DNA of 64,000 nucleotides from Sulfuriferula sp. (lineage in GTDB: Bacteria; Pseudomonadota; Gammaproteobacteria; Burkholderiales; Sulfuriferulaceae), in the NCBI GenBank assembly GCA_013140765.1, contig JABFSE010000016.1, positions 320-64,319 of the forward strand, read 5' to 3'. Position 1 is the first letter of the stretch, and every line of letters begins with the position of its first letter. Positions 1 through 9,397 of this stretch are shown here, in pieces. Made by a program: the position numbers and the translations under genes. The notes under the pieces were generated by a model. The model searched no databases and had not been told where the DNA came from. It was given only the letters and a program-made list of their open reading frames with translations.

Positions 1-211
1 CGTTGTCCAGTAATCCACGACGTAACGCCCGCGCATCCACTTGAAAATCTGCTCGCCCAAGATTGCGCTTGATGGCGATCTCCCAAAGGCTGGCGGCACT
101 GAATAACAGCTCATTCAACGGGTCTTCAATCAACGCGCGCGCCGCCAGTGTCAACCGATCTGGCGATCCAGCTACCCATAGCAACAAATGCGTATCCAGC
201 AACAATTTCAT
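1..211 (-). CDS. vapC: PIN-domain (VapC-type) toxin, 3' end outside window
   Basis: Manual translation from ATG at 211: MKLLLDTHLLLWVAGSPDRLT...SAASLWEIAIK, the PIN N-terminal LLDTH motif. Start overlaps the antitoxin stop (ATGA). Not in the ORF track. Confidence 0.9.
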   Translation of the reverse strand, partial: MKLLLDTHLLLWVAGSPDRLTLAARALIEDPLNELLFSAASLWEIAIKRNLGRADFQVDARALRRGLLDN

Positions 212-453
212 ACTGCATCACCAAACATCTGTTCGATTTCTGCGCTACCCATGGTGTCGAAATCATCTGGCACGCTAATTTGCCCTGCCATAAATCCCAA
301 TCGATGAATTTGAGCGTTAGTTGGGGCATCCAATCTAACAACTCTGACTAAAGGCTTGCCCGCCTTGGCAATGACAAACTCATCCCCATCAACCGCCTGT
401 GCGATTAGCTTCGACAAGTGGGTTTTGGCTTCGTGTATATTCACCGTTAACAT
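208..453 (-). CDS. Phd/YefM-family antitoxin
   Basis: MLTVNIHEAKTHLSKLI...GDEFVIAKAGKPLVRVV is the Phd/YefM signature. GAGG RBS before ATG at 453 (track start 480). Confidence 0.9.
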   Translation of the reverse strand: MLTVNIHEAKTHLSKLIAQAVDGDEFVIAKAGKPLVRVVRLDAPTNAQIHRLGFMAGQISVPDDFDTMGSAEIEQMFGDAV

Positions 454-553
454 GTTTATCCTCTGGTATTTATCTGGCACTCATTAAGTTGACTAGATCT
501 TGTTAGTTTAACATAGTTGTTGACAATGCCGTAAGTTAGTCAGGGTCAGTGAC

Positions 554-574
554 GATGGGGTCAGTTCTAACATT
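554..574. repeat. Solo copy of GATGGGGTCAGTTCTAACATT element end
   Basis: 20/21 identical to 11577-11597. A partial tandem copy GGGTCAGT lies at 543-550. Confidence 0.7.
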
Positions 575-617
575 ACAACATCATAACAACCCAAAACGCA
601 CTTGTAGCTGAGGCAGA

Positions 618-1976
618 CTAAAATTCCAGATGCGCACGTAAAGCAACGACATCGACGGGGCCGCGATCGGCGTTGTAGGCTGGGTTGCGGATGTGTTGCC
701 AATCTGCGGTCAGGTTTAATTGCTTGGTGGTTTGCCAACGATAAAAGCCTTCGAGTATCAATTCTGGCTGGTAATTTAGCTTACCATCGCCGATAAAGAA
801 CCCTATGCCGCCTGCGGCGAGGTAGCCACGGTGGGCGGCTGATAACGCATTCCGCGCAAACGCTAAACCTATGCTGTCTTGCGCGCTTCCCCATGCGCTA
901 CCTTGTATTAACGCACCTGCTGAAATGGACTGGTCGATTTCGGTGAACGCATACGTTTCGGTTTGCCCATCCGCCCAACCAACACGGGCAAATAGCCCTA
1001 TATCGTCGCTAATCGCTTGCTCTATATTTAGGCCTATGCCAAATTTAATTTGCTCGCCTGTACGCACTGCATTCAAATCAGGTGTGGTATTAGTGGCGGC
1101 GGATAGATTCAAAGCATCGCGATAACGCGACATGATGGCGCGGTTGCGAAAAGCTAATACGCGTATTTTACCAGGCTGACTCGCCCAGGTATGGCTGTGT
1201 TCAACTTCAATTTGGTCGCCAAAATGGGTAAATATATCGGTATCCAAGCTGGTTTGATTGGGTTGAATAGGCTGGATAAATCGCCCCGCTCGTACTGCCC
1301 AATTATCATGATACCACTCCACCGCTGTTCCCCACGAGTAGCCACGGGCATCGGCGGCGTAATCGAATGCGCCTTGGTTCATGATGGACCAATTCATAAA
1401 TTGCGTGCGTGGGTCATGGCTGTAAGCATTGTCGTCAAAAATGTCACTGACGGCTAAATTGCCTATCGTCCATACGAGGCGACGTTTATCTACGTTGCCT
1501 GCCAGCTGATTCATGTCTGATGCTAAGTGCTCGCGCTCACCGCCCATACCCCAAGTTTGGCGTAAAAATAACCGTGCGCGATATAAAGCCATCCGTGAGC
1601 CTGATGTACGCGCCATTTCACCGTTGGTAAAACCACCTAAACCAACTAAATTAGACAATGGCACGCCTTGCGATAACTCAGGATTAAAGTAAATCTCGCC
1701 ACCCGTCCAAGGGCGAAAGCCAAACGCCGCCGTTGCGGTAAATGAATAGCTTTTTTCATGCGCGGTACTTAAACTATTTGCGCCTGTATAAGCCGCTGGA
1801 AAAGCATCTTTGAATTGCCAGACGTAAGTCGATTGAAATTTAGCGTTATATGCCTCGGTGTCATCGGCATAGCTACTCATTGATGTAATACCACCTAGCA
1901 ATATCAGCGCACGGACAGGAAAACGGAGAAATTGCATACAATTCATACACCAAGACAAATGTATGAATTGTAACAA
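618..1976 (-). CDS. OprB-family carbohydrate-selective / high-affinity Mn2+-type outer-membrane porin
   Basis: Signal peptide, beta-strand-rich body, DPRTQFMNWSIM..GAFDYAADARGYSWG motif, C-terminal NPAYNADRGPV...LRAHLEF ending in Phe. True start probably 1946 or 1937. Confidence 0.8.
   Translation of the reverse strand: MLQFIHLSWCMNCMQFLRFPVRALILLGGITSMSSYADDTEAYNAKFQSTYVWQFKDAFPAAYTGANSLSTAHEKSYSFTATAAFGFRPWTGGEIYFNPELSQGVPLSNLVGLGGFTNGEMARTSGSRMALYRARLFLRQTWGMGGEREHLASDMNQLAGNVDKRRLVWTIGNLAVSDIFDDNAYSHDPRTQFMNWSIMNQGAFDYAADARGYSWGTAVEWYHDNWAVRAGRFIQPIQPNQTSLDTDIFTHFGDQIEVEHSHTWASQPGKIRVLAFRNRAIMSRYRDALNLSAATNTTPDLNAVRTGEQIKFGIGLNIEQAISDDIGLFARVGWADGQTETYAFTEIDQSISAGALIQGSAWGSAQDSIGLAFARNALSAAHRGYLAAGGIGFFIGDGKLNYQPELILEGFYRWQTTKQLNLTADWQHIRNPAYNADRGPVDVVALRAHLEF
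1937..1972. promoter_or_regulatory. Perfect 13-bp inverted repeat at the porin start
   Basis: TACAATTCATACA-N10-TGTATGAATTGTA read directly. Confidence 0.55.
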
Positions 1977-2030
1977 AAGATAGAATTAGCTTTATGAAGA
2001 TTTAATGAAAAGAGGGTGTTGTGTTATTGA

Positions 2031-2360
2031 TTAAGCGAAGCCACAAAAAACATCGCGCATCAGGCTAATTAGGCGCAATGTACGCGTATCGCCAACGCGG
2101 TAATAGACTTTATTGGCATCTTTACGTGTGCGTAACACGCCTTTGTCACGCAAAATTGCCAAATGTTGGGAAATGTTGCTTTGCGATGTGCCCACTAGAT
2201 CAACAATATCCTGCACGCTGACCTCCTTATCACCCAGCACGCATAAAATCTTCAATCGCAAAGGATGCGACATCGCCTTCATCGCACGCGATGCTTGCTC
2301 TATGTGCTCATCTTTGTCGATTAAATCTATCTGTTCGAGGTTAAGTGCGGTATCTTGCAT
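2031..2360 (-). CDS. ArsR/SmtB-family regulator, BigR/SqrR-like two-Cys type
   Basis: AMSHPLRLKILC...SQSNISQHLAILR winged HTH. Cys40 and Cys106. Confidence 0.9.
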   Translation of the reverse strand: MQDTALNLEQIDLIDKDEHIEQASRAMKAMSHPLRLKILCVLGDKEVSVQDIVDLVGTSQSNISQHLAILRDKGVLRTRKDANKVYYRVGDTRTLRLISLMRDVFCGFA

Positions 2361-2483
2361 AGCGTCACATTATGAATATGAATTTATTATTATAATGCAA
2401 CGCCAATTAAAATATAATAAAATTGTCATGTTAAAATAAATATACTCTTAGCAATTACACCACGCACGCAGAAAGACCACACC

Positions 2484-4019
2484 GTGACCCCAGCCTTACT
2501 GATTATTCTCGATGGATTCGGTTGTCGTAAATGCAACACCGACAACGCTATTGCGCAAGCTCATAAACCTAATTGGGATAAGTATTGGCAAAACTATCCG
2601 CACACGCTCATACAAGCGTCTGAATCTGCCGTTGGTTTGCCATCTGGGCAGATGGGCAATTCGGAAGTTGGGCATCTGAATATAGGTGCAGGTCGTGTGG
2701 TTTATCAAGAATTCACTCGCATTGATTTAGCCATTAAAGGCACGTCATTTTTTACCAACGTCGCGCTCAAACGTGCTGTTGACTTGGCCGTCAGTAACGG
2801 TCGCGCCCTGCACATATTGGGCTTGCTGTCCGATGGCGGCGTACACAGCCACGAACGCCACATCCACGCCATGCTTGCTATGGCGGCACAAGCTGGGTTG
2901 AAAAAAGTTTATGTGCACGCATTTTTAGATGGTCGCGACACCGCACCTAAGAGTGCCGAGCTATACCTCAACAACCTGCAAGCCAAAATCGACGAGCTGC
3001 AAACAGGGCAAATCGCCTCCATCATTGGTCGCTACTATGCCATGGATAGAGACAACCGCTGGGCGCGTGTGCAAACCGCATACGATTTAATCACGCAAGG
3101 CAAGGCTGATTTTAGTGCGCCCGATGCGCTATCAGGCTTAACCCTCGCTTACGCACGCGGCGAAACGGATGAGTTTGTCAAAGCTACCAGCATTGTTCCC
3201 GCAGGCACACAAGCGGTACGCGTAGAAGACGGCGATAGCATCATATTCATGAATTTCCGCTCTGACCGCGCACGGCAGATTTCACGTCCGTTTATCGAGC
3301 CTGATTTTGCTGAGTTTCCGCGCGACTACTTCCCTAAAATTGCTGATTTTTGCACTTTAACAGGCTACAGCGATGATTTTAATGTCTCGGTTGCTTTCCC
3401 GCCCGAAAAAATCCGTAATGGTTTTGGCGAACACGTTGCCCAATTAGGCTTAACCCAATTACGCATCGCTGAAACGGAAAAATATCCACACGTTACTTTC
3501 TTCTTTAACGGCGGCGAAGAAACTGTTTACGAAGGTGAAGAACGCATCATGGTTCCCTCGCCTGACGTTGCCACCTACGACATGAAGCCTGAAATGAGCG
3601 CGTTTGAAGTCACCGATAAACTCATAGCCGCCATCGAACGCAAGCACTTCAATGTCATTATTTGTAATTATGCTAATGCTGATATGGTTGGGCATACGGG
3701 TGATTTGCAAGCGGCTATCAAAGCGATCGAAGCCTTAGATGTATGCCTAGGTCGCGTGATTCCTGCCATGCTTGCCAGTGGCGGCGAGGTGTTGATTACG
3801 GCTGATCATGGCAACGCTGAGTTGATGCTCGATGAGGTAACGCGTCAGGCTTACACCGCGCACACCACCAACCTCGTGCCGCTACTGTATATCGGTCACC
3901 GCGCGGCGCAATTAACCGACGCAGGCGCGTTAGAAGACGTCAGTCCAACCTTGCTGAATATCATGGGTGTCAAACAGCCTGAAGAAATGACGGGCAAATC
4001 ACTCATACAGTACGAGTGA
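2484..4019 (+). CDS. gpmI: 2,3-bisphosphoglycerate-independent phosphoglycerate mutase
   Basis: LIILDGFG, GQMGNSEVGHLNIGAGR, AETEKYPHVTFF, ADMVGHTG, TADHGNAE motifs. Confidence 0.98.
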   Translation: MTPALLIILDGFGCRKCNTDNAIAQAHKPNWDKYWQNYPHTLIQASESAVGLPSGQMGNSEVGHLNIGAGRVVYQEFTRIDLAIKGTSFFTNVALKRAVDLAVSNGRALHILGLLSDGGVHSHERHIHAMLAMAAQAGLKKVYVHAFLDGRDTAPKSAELYLNNLQAKIDELQTGQIASIIGRYYAMDRDNRWARVQTAYDLITQGKADFSAPDALSGLTLAYARGETDEFVKATSIVPAGTQAVRVEDGDSIIFMNFRSDRARQISRPFIEPDFAEFPRDYFPKIADFCTLTGYSDDFNVSVAFPPEKIRNGFGEHVAQLGLTQLRIAETEKYPHVTFFFNGGEETVYEGEERIMVPSPDVATYDMKPEMSAFEVTDKLIAAIERKHFNVIICNYANADMVGHTGDLQAAIKAIEALDVCLGRVIPAMLASGGEVLITADHGNAELMLDEVTRQAYTAHTTNLVPLLYIGHRAAQLTDAGALEDVSPTLLNIMGVKQPEEMTGKSLIQYE

Positions 4020-5266
4020 GCTTTAACGCGTTAATTTGCATTATTGCGTGCGCTTTCAGTTTGAATGCGCACGCTGTTGACGCGCCTGATTTAGCAGGCA
4101 TACACGCCAAAATAGAACAGCTACGTCAACAGAATCAAGCCGCCGAAATCAGCCGCAATCAAGCCAGCGATGCCTTGCAACAATCAGAGCGCACGATTAG
4201 CGATGCCAATCGTAGCCTGTATGACCTCGACCAACAGCGCGGTGATTTAGAGCAACGACTCGCTCAATTACGCAACCAAGGCGGCAATACTCGCACCGCG
4301 ATTGCTCGTCAACAGGCAGCACTTGCAGAACTCATGCGCCAGCAATACTTTTCAGGTGCTAACGATGCGAGTAAGTTGCTGCTCAATGACACTAACCCCA
4401 ATCAAACCACACGCAATTTAACTTATTTGCACTACATCAGTCTAGCGCGTAATCAGCTTATTAACGACTTACAGCGCAATCTCACACAGCTAGACCAACT
4501 CACTGCCGAACAACAAATACAACAAGCACAATTAGAAAAATTACGACTACAACGCGCCCAACAACGCCAACTATTAGAAACCGAGCGCAATAAAAAACAA
4601 CAAATTGTCAAACAACTAGGCTCGCAAATCCAGCAACAACGCCAACAAATCGCCACGCTAGAGCAAGATGAAAAGCGCATGACCAAGCTCATGCAGGAAC
4701 TCGCCGCCGCACGTAAAAAAGCAGAAGCAGAAGCCGCCGCGCGTGCCGCTAAAGCCGCTAAAGAAGCGACAGCACTCGCCGCCCGCAACGAAAAATCAGC
4801 GCAAAAATCCGCCCAAAAACCACGCGCCAGCCAGCCCGAACGTAGCATACGCCAGCCTTACACCCCAGACATCGGACTAGGTCAGCTCAAAGGTCGCCTC
4901 ATCATGCCCGCACACGGGGAACTAATCCACCGTTTTGGCACTCAACGTGAGCAAGGTGCTGTCTGGAAGGGCTTGTTTATCAAAGCCGCATCAGGTCAGC
5001 CAGTACATGCGGTTGCCGCTGGTCAAGTTGTTTTTTCTGACTGGATGCGTGGCTTTGGTAACCTCATCATCATCGACCACGGCGGCGGTTATATGAGCCT
5101 ATACAGCAATAATGAAACCCTGTATAAACAGACTGGTGCAAGTGTTAAAGCAGGCGATACCGTCGCCAGCGTTGGTAACACAGGCGGCAATAGTGAAACA
5201 GGTTTATATTTTGAATTACGCTATCAAAGTCAGGCATTTGACCCTTACCCTTGGTTGGCGAAATAA
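4016..5266 (+). CDS. envC: Murein hydrolase activator EnvC (coiled coil plus degenerate M23)
   Basis: Signal peptide, long coiled coil, C-terminal WKGLFI...IIDHGGGYMSLY...LYFELR. Lies between gpmI and ctpA. Confidence 0.9.
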   Translation: MSFNALICIIACAFSLNAHAVDAPDLAGIHAKIEQLRQQNQAAEISRNQASDALQQSERTISDANRSLYDLDQQRGDLEQRLAQLRNQGGNTRTAIARQQAALAELMRQQYFSGANDASKLLLNDTNPNQTTRNLTYLHYISLARNQLINDLQRNLTQLDQLTAEQQIQQAQLEKLRLQRAQQRQLLETERNKKQQIVKQLGSQIQQQRQQIATLEQDEKRMTKLMQELAAARKKAEAEAAARAAKAAKEATALAARNEKSAQKSAQKPRASQPERSIRQPYTPDIGLGQLKGRLIMPAHGELIHRFGTQREQGAVWKGLFIKAASGQPVHAVAAGQVVFSDWMRGFGNLIIIDHGGGYMSLYSNNETLYKQTGASVKAGDTVASVGNTGGNSETGLYFELRYQSQAFDPYPWLAK

Positions 5267-5283
5267 TAAAGGAAAAATCCGCA

Positions 5284-6732
5284 ATGCAAGTACGCAATAA
5301 ACTACAAAAAATCGGCTTAGTCACCACAGGTATCGCCATTGGTGTGGCAATTTCCCTGAATCTCCCTGCTATCGCCGACCGCGAAGCCACGCAACCGTTA
5401 CCGCTAGATGAATTACGCGCATTCACCGAAGTGTTTGGCAAAATAAAAAGCGACTACGTCGAGCCTGTCGAAGATAAAAAGCTCATTAACCAAGCCATTA
5501 ACGGCATGTTGTCAGGGCTAGATCCGCATTCAGCGTATATGGATGCTGATGCGTTCAAAGACTTGCAAGTCGGTACACAAGGCGAGTTTGGCGGCTTAGG
5601 GATAGAAGTCGGCATGGAAGACGGCTTTGTCAAAGTCGTCTCGCCCATAGAAGATACGCCAGCACAAAAAGCAGGCTTAAAAAGCGGCGATTTAATCATC
5701 AAACTCGACGATGTGCCCGTCAAAGGCATGACTATCAACGATGCCGTCAAACGTATGCGTGGCAAACCTGGTGCACCGATTACGCTGACAGTGGTGCGTA
5801 AAGGTATGGGCAAGCCATTTAATGTCACTTTGATACGCGCTATTATCAAAGTAAAAAGCGTGAAACTAAAACTGTTAGAGTCTAATTTCGGTTATGTGCG
5901 CATCACCCAATTCCAAGAGCACACAGGTGAAAACTTGGTTGAGGCAATCAACACGCTGCTAAAAGAAAACAAAGCGCCGCTCAAAGGCTTGGTGCTGGAT
6001 TTACGTAACGATCCAGGTGGTTTATTAAATAGCGCAGTGGGCGTATCCGCCGCTTTCCTCAAGCCCAACAGCTTGGTGGTTTACACCGACGGACGTGCTG
6101 AAGATTCCAAAATGCACCTCACCGCCACCCCTGATTTCTACTTGCGCGGCAATCAGGCAGACTACATTAAAGACCTGCCCGACTGGATTAAAACCATCCC
6201 TATCGTGGTATTAGTCAACAGCGGCTCGGCTTCTGCCTCTGAAATCGTTGCGGGCGCATTGCAAGACCAAAAACGCGCCATCATCATGGGCACGCAAACT
6301 TTTGGTAAAGGCTCGGTACAAACCATATTGCCGCTAGGTAATGGGACTGGCATCAAGCTCACTACGGCGCGTTACTTTACCCCTAGTGGTCGCTCCATCC
6401 AAGCCAAAGGCATCACGCCTGATATCGTGGTTGAAGAAGCTAAAGTGGTCGGCAATAGTGAAGAAGACGGCTTTGGCGTGCGTGAGGCTGATTTAGAAAA
6501 TCACTTAGCTAATCCGAATAGCCCCAATACGGCCAGCACACCTACGCCGCCCAAAATTGTCGCGCCTGAAAAACCAGCAGATAAAACTGGCAAAACACGC
6601 AAATTAGAACCAGGTGAAATCGTCTCCAAAGATGATTTCCAGCTCAATCAGGCATTAGGTTTGCTCAAAGGGATTAACATCCTTAACCCGAACAGTGCAT
6701 CCGCGCCTGTAGTAGCAACACCCGTGAAATAA
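5284..6732 (+). CDS. ctpA: S41 carboxy-terminal processing protease
   Basis: GLDPHSAY, PDZ domain, DLRNDPGGLL, SASASEIVAGALQD, TFGKGSVQ. Start ATG 5284 chosen (track 5251). Confidence 0.93.
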   Translation: MQVRNKLQKIGLVTTGIAIGVAISLNLPAIADREATQPLPLDELRAFTEVFGKIKSDYVEPVEDKKLINQAINGMLSGLDPHSAYMDADAFKDLQVGTQGEFGGLGIEVGMEDGFVKVVSPIEDTPAQKAGLKSGDLIIKLDDVPVKGMTINDAVKRMRGKPGAPITLTVVRKGMGKPFNVTLIRAIIKVKSVKLKLLESNFGYVRITQFQEHTGENLVEAINTLLKENKAPLKGLVLDLRNDPGGLLNSAVGVSAAFLKPNSLVVYTDGRAEDSKMHLTATPDFYLRGNQADYIKDLPDWIKTIPIVVLVNSGSASASEIVAGALQDQKRAIIMGTQTFGKGSVQTILPLGNGTGIKLTTARYFTPSGRSIQAKGITPDIVVEEAKVVGNSEEDGFGVREADLENHLANPNSPNTASTPTPPKIVAPEKPADKTGKTRKLEPGEIVSKDDFQLNQALGLLKGINILNPNSASAPVVATPVK

Positions 6733-6733
6733 T

Positions 6734-7492
6734 ATGCAAGATGCTGACCTGCTCCGCTATAGCCGCCATATCCTGCTACACGATATAGGCATAGCAGGTC
6801 AGCAAGCGATACTGGATGCGCGTGTATTGATAGTGGGCGCAGGTGGGCTGGGATCGCCTATCGCCCTCTACCTCGCCGCCAGCGGGGTCGGTTACATCAG
6901 CATTGCCGATAACGATACGGTCGATGTCAGCAATTTACAACGCCAAATCATACACCCAGATGAATCTGTGGGGCTAAACAAAGCGCAATCCGCCGCCGCT
7001 ACATTGCAACACCTTAACCCGCATGTACAAATCAATGCCATTAGCGCACGTTTATCGGGTGATGCGTTGGCACTGCAAGTTGCCAGTCATGACATTGTCA
7101 TAGACGCAACTGACAATTTCGCCACTCGTCATGCCATCAATCGTGCCTGCGTTATACATCGCAAGCCACTGGTTTCAGGCGCGGCGGTACGTTTTGACGG
7201 CCAAGTAACGGTATTTGATTTACGCACCGAGCACAGCCCTTGCTACCACTGCCTGTACCCAGATAACGGTGCGGAAGATGAAATCCGATGTACTGAAAAT
7301 GGCGTTTTTTCACCGCTAGTCGGCATCATCGGCGCAACCCAAGCCGCCGAGGCTCTCAAACTTATTAGCAACATAGGTACTAGCCTGAACGGGCGGCTAC
7401 TATTATTAGACGCGTTCGATATGCAATGGCGTAGCATCAAGCTCAAACGTGACCCGCAGTGCGCCGTGTGCGGAACCACGACCATCATTTAG
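6734..7492 (+). CDS. moeB: MoeB/ThiF-family adenylyltransferase
   Basis: RYSRHILL, GAGGLGS, DVSNLQRQ and two CxxC motifs (CYHC, CAVC). Confidence 0.88.
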   Translation: MQDADLLRYSRHILLHDIGIAGQQAILDARVLIVGAGGLGSPIALYLAASGVGYISIADNDTVDVSNLQRQIIHPDESVGLNKAQSAAATLQHLNPHVQINAISARLSGDALALQVASHDIVIDATDNFATRHAINRACVIHRKPLVSGAAVRFDGQVTVFDLRTEHSPCYHCLYPDNGAEDEIRCTENGVFSPLVGIIGATQAAEALKLISNIGTSLNGRLLLLDAFDMQWRSIKLKRDPQCAVCGTTTII

Positions 7493-7493
7493 A

Positions 7494-8676
7494 TCAACCA
7501 TAACGCTGCAAACCCAAATCATCCGCATTGATAGCAGGGGCGTTCCCTGCAATTAAATCTGCCAATACGTGCGCCGATCCACAAGACATCGTCCAGCCTA
7601 GCGTGCCATGCCCCGTATTTAACCAAAGATTAGTAAATTGTGTGCGTCCAATAATAGGCGTGCCATCGGGGGTCATCGGGCGTAAGCCTGTCCAGAAACT
7701 GGCGGCAGGTATATCGCCACCATGTGGAAACAAATCCCCCAACACCATCTCCAAAGTCGCACGGCGGCGTGGGTTGAGGCGTAAATCAAAGCCCGCTAAC
7801 TCCGCCATACCGCCGACACGAATACGTTGGTCAAAACGGGTAATAGCGACTTTATAAGTTTCATCCATCACCGTGGAGACAGGAGCCGCCGCCGCATCCG
7901 TAATCGGCACGGTAAGCGAGTAGCCTTTAACGGGGTAAACAGGGATATTGACCCCCAATGCACCTAACATAGCACGCGAATAGCTCGCCATTGCCACCAC
8001 AAAATGATCGCCCATAATCGGCTGATTATCAGTCACAACACCTGTTATTTTATCGCCCTGCATCAAGCAATGTTGCACCGTCGTATCATAACAAAACACC
8101 ACGCCTAGCTTTTTAGCGGCGACGGCAAGTTGTTCGGTAAATAACTGGCAATCGCCTGTTTCATCATTAGGCAAGCGTAATCCGCCGACTAGCTTGTCCT
8201 TCACTCGCGCCAACGCAGGCTCGGCATGGATACAGCCAGCTTGATCCAGCAAATTAAATGACTCGCCGCACTCAGCTAATACAGCCATATCTTTTGCCGC
8301 CGCATCTAATTGCTGTTGAGTGCGAAACAGCTGTAACGTGCCTTGTGTGCGCTGTTCGTACACGATGCCTGTTTCTGCGCGTAATTCTCGCAGCATGTCA
8401 CGGCTATAGCTGGCTAAACGCACCATGCGCGATTTATTAGTGGCATAACGCGATGAACTACAGTTGCGCAACATCATCCCCACCCATTGCCACTGCCACA
8501 GCGAGCCATCCCAGCGTATCGATAACGGCGCATGACGCTGAAACAACCACTTTACCGCTTTGAGCGGAACCCCAGGTGCTGCCCAAGGTGAGGCATAGCC
8601 TGGGGAAACCTGCCCGTGCTAAATAATAGGCACTGGTGATACCTATCACCCCACCGCCCAACACGACAACCCGCAT
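7494..8676 (-). pseudogene. dadA: D-amino acid dehydrogenase, frameshifted by an internal deletion
   Basis: ATG 8676 gives [23 protein letters not shown]. The sequence continues in another frame as [31 protein letters not shown], so about 22 residues are missing. The C-terminal ORF 7494-8546 has GLRPMTPDG and [11 protein letters not shown]. Confidence 0.88.
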
Positions 8677-8725
8677 GAGACCTCCCCTCAACACTACTAC
8701 GGCGACATTTCCTGAACTGCGCTCG

Positions 8726-9340
8726 CTACATCGGACAAATATCTCGATACAAAGCATAACCACGTTGCGCCTTGCTGATAGAATCGGGCGTGAGCTTGAT
8801 ATTGCTCGCCAACACCTGCGCGAGTGCATGGAGTTGTTGCGCATCACCTTGTTTTAGCTCTAACTCCAGCTCGCAAATAGGCGCATCCCGTCCTAAACTC
8901 TGCACCAGCCCTACATCTAACGCCAACTCAATTTGCGCCCCTTGAAAACTCAGTAACCACGTATCGCGCCAAAAATCAGTTTGAAAAATAGGCGTGAGTT
9001 GTTGCGTTACCGCAGGACTGAGTAATTGCGTCACCACAGGCTCGGTATATAAGCTAGGATTCGGGTGTTGACTAGGTAAATCAACTTCCCACTCAGGCCG
9101 TATGTGTAAACCATGCACCGCCTGCCCACCGATTTTAACGGTTTGTATCCAGCGCGTTCCTGCTAAACGCACCCGCAAAGCCGCACGTTGGTTCATCAAC
9201 GTCAGCGCAGGGGTGTCATAATAAATACTGATTAAACGCCCACCTTGCGCTACACTCGCAGTAGCTAACAAAGGATGCGCCAAAAACAGTGCAATATCCG
9301 CCGCCGCTATGTTTAATTTAAGCTCTATCTCATTTGTCAT
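8726..9340 (-). CDS. CYTH-domain protein (triphosphate tunnel metalloenzyme)
   Basis: N-terminal EIELKL (ExExK), YYDTP, LRVR, QTVK, ELELELK, SKAQRGY. Start MTNEIELKL at 9340. Confidence 0.88.
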   Translation of the reverse strand: MTNEIELKLNIAAADIALFLAHPLLATASVAQGGRLISIYYDTPALTLMNQRAALRVRLAGTRWIQTVKIGGQAVHGLHIRPEWEVDLPSQHPNPSLYTEPVVTQLLSPAVTQQLTPIFQTDFWRDTWLLSFQGAQIELALDVGLVQSLGRDAPICELELELKQGDAQQLHALAQVLASNIKLTPDSISKAQRGYALYRDICPM

Positions 9341-9397
9341 TTTATTGTCACAATTTTGCCATATCATCAATCTTATTTACCCTCAAGTGTATAACAG

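Noticed and set aside
63-351. Short ORFs 63-278, 126-341 and 148-351
   Set aside because: Shadows of the vapC/antitoxin pair. The real toxin frame (ATG 211) is not among them.
1950-1960. CCAAGACAAAT, identical to part of operator site 2, in the porin hairpin loop
   Set aside because: Only a half-site, with no TTTG left arm. Probably chance, though testable in the same EMSA.
2361-2483. SqrR-type ATTC-N8-GAAT box upstream of the ArsR gene
   Set aside because: No correctly spaced match found; the region is simply AT-rich.
8458-8857. ORFs 8458-8847 and 8636-8857 as separate genes
   Set aside because: The first is the dadA N-terminus plus out-of-frame read-through; the second is its antisense shadow.
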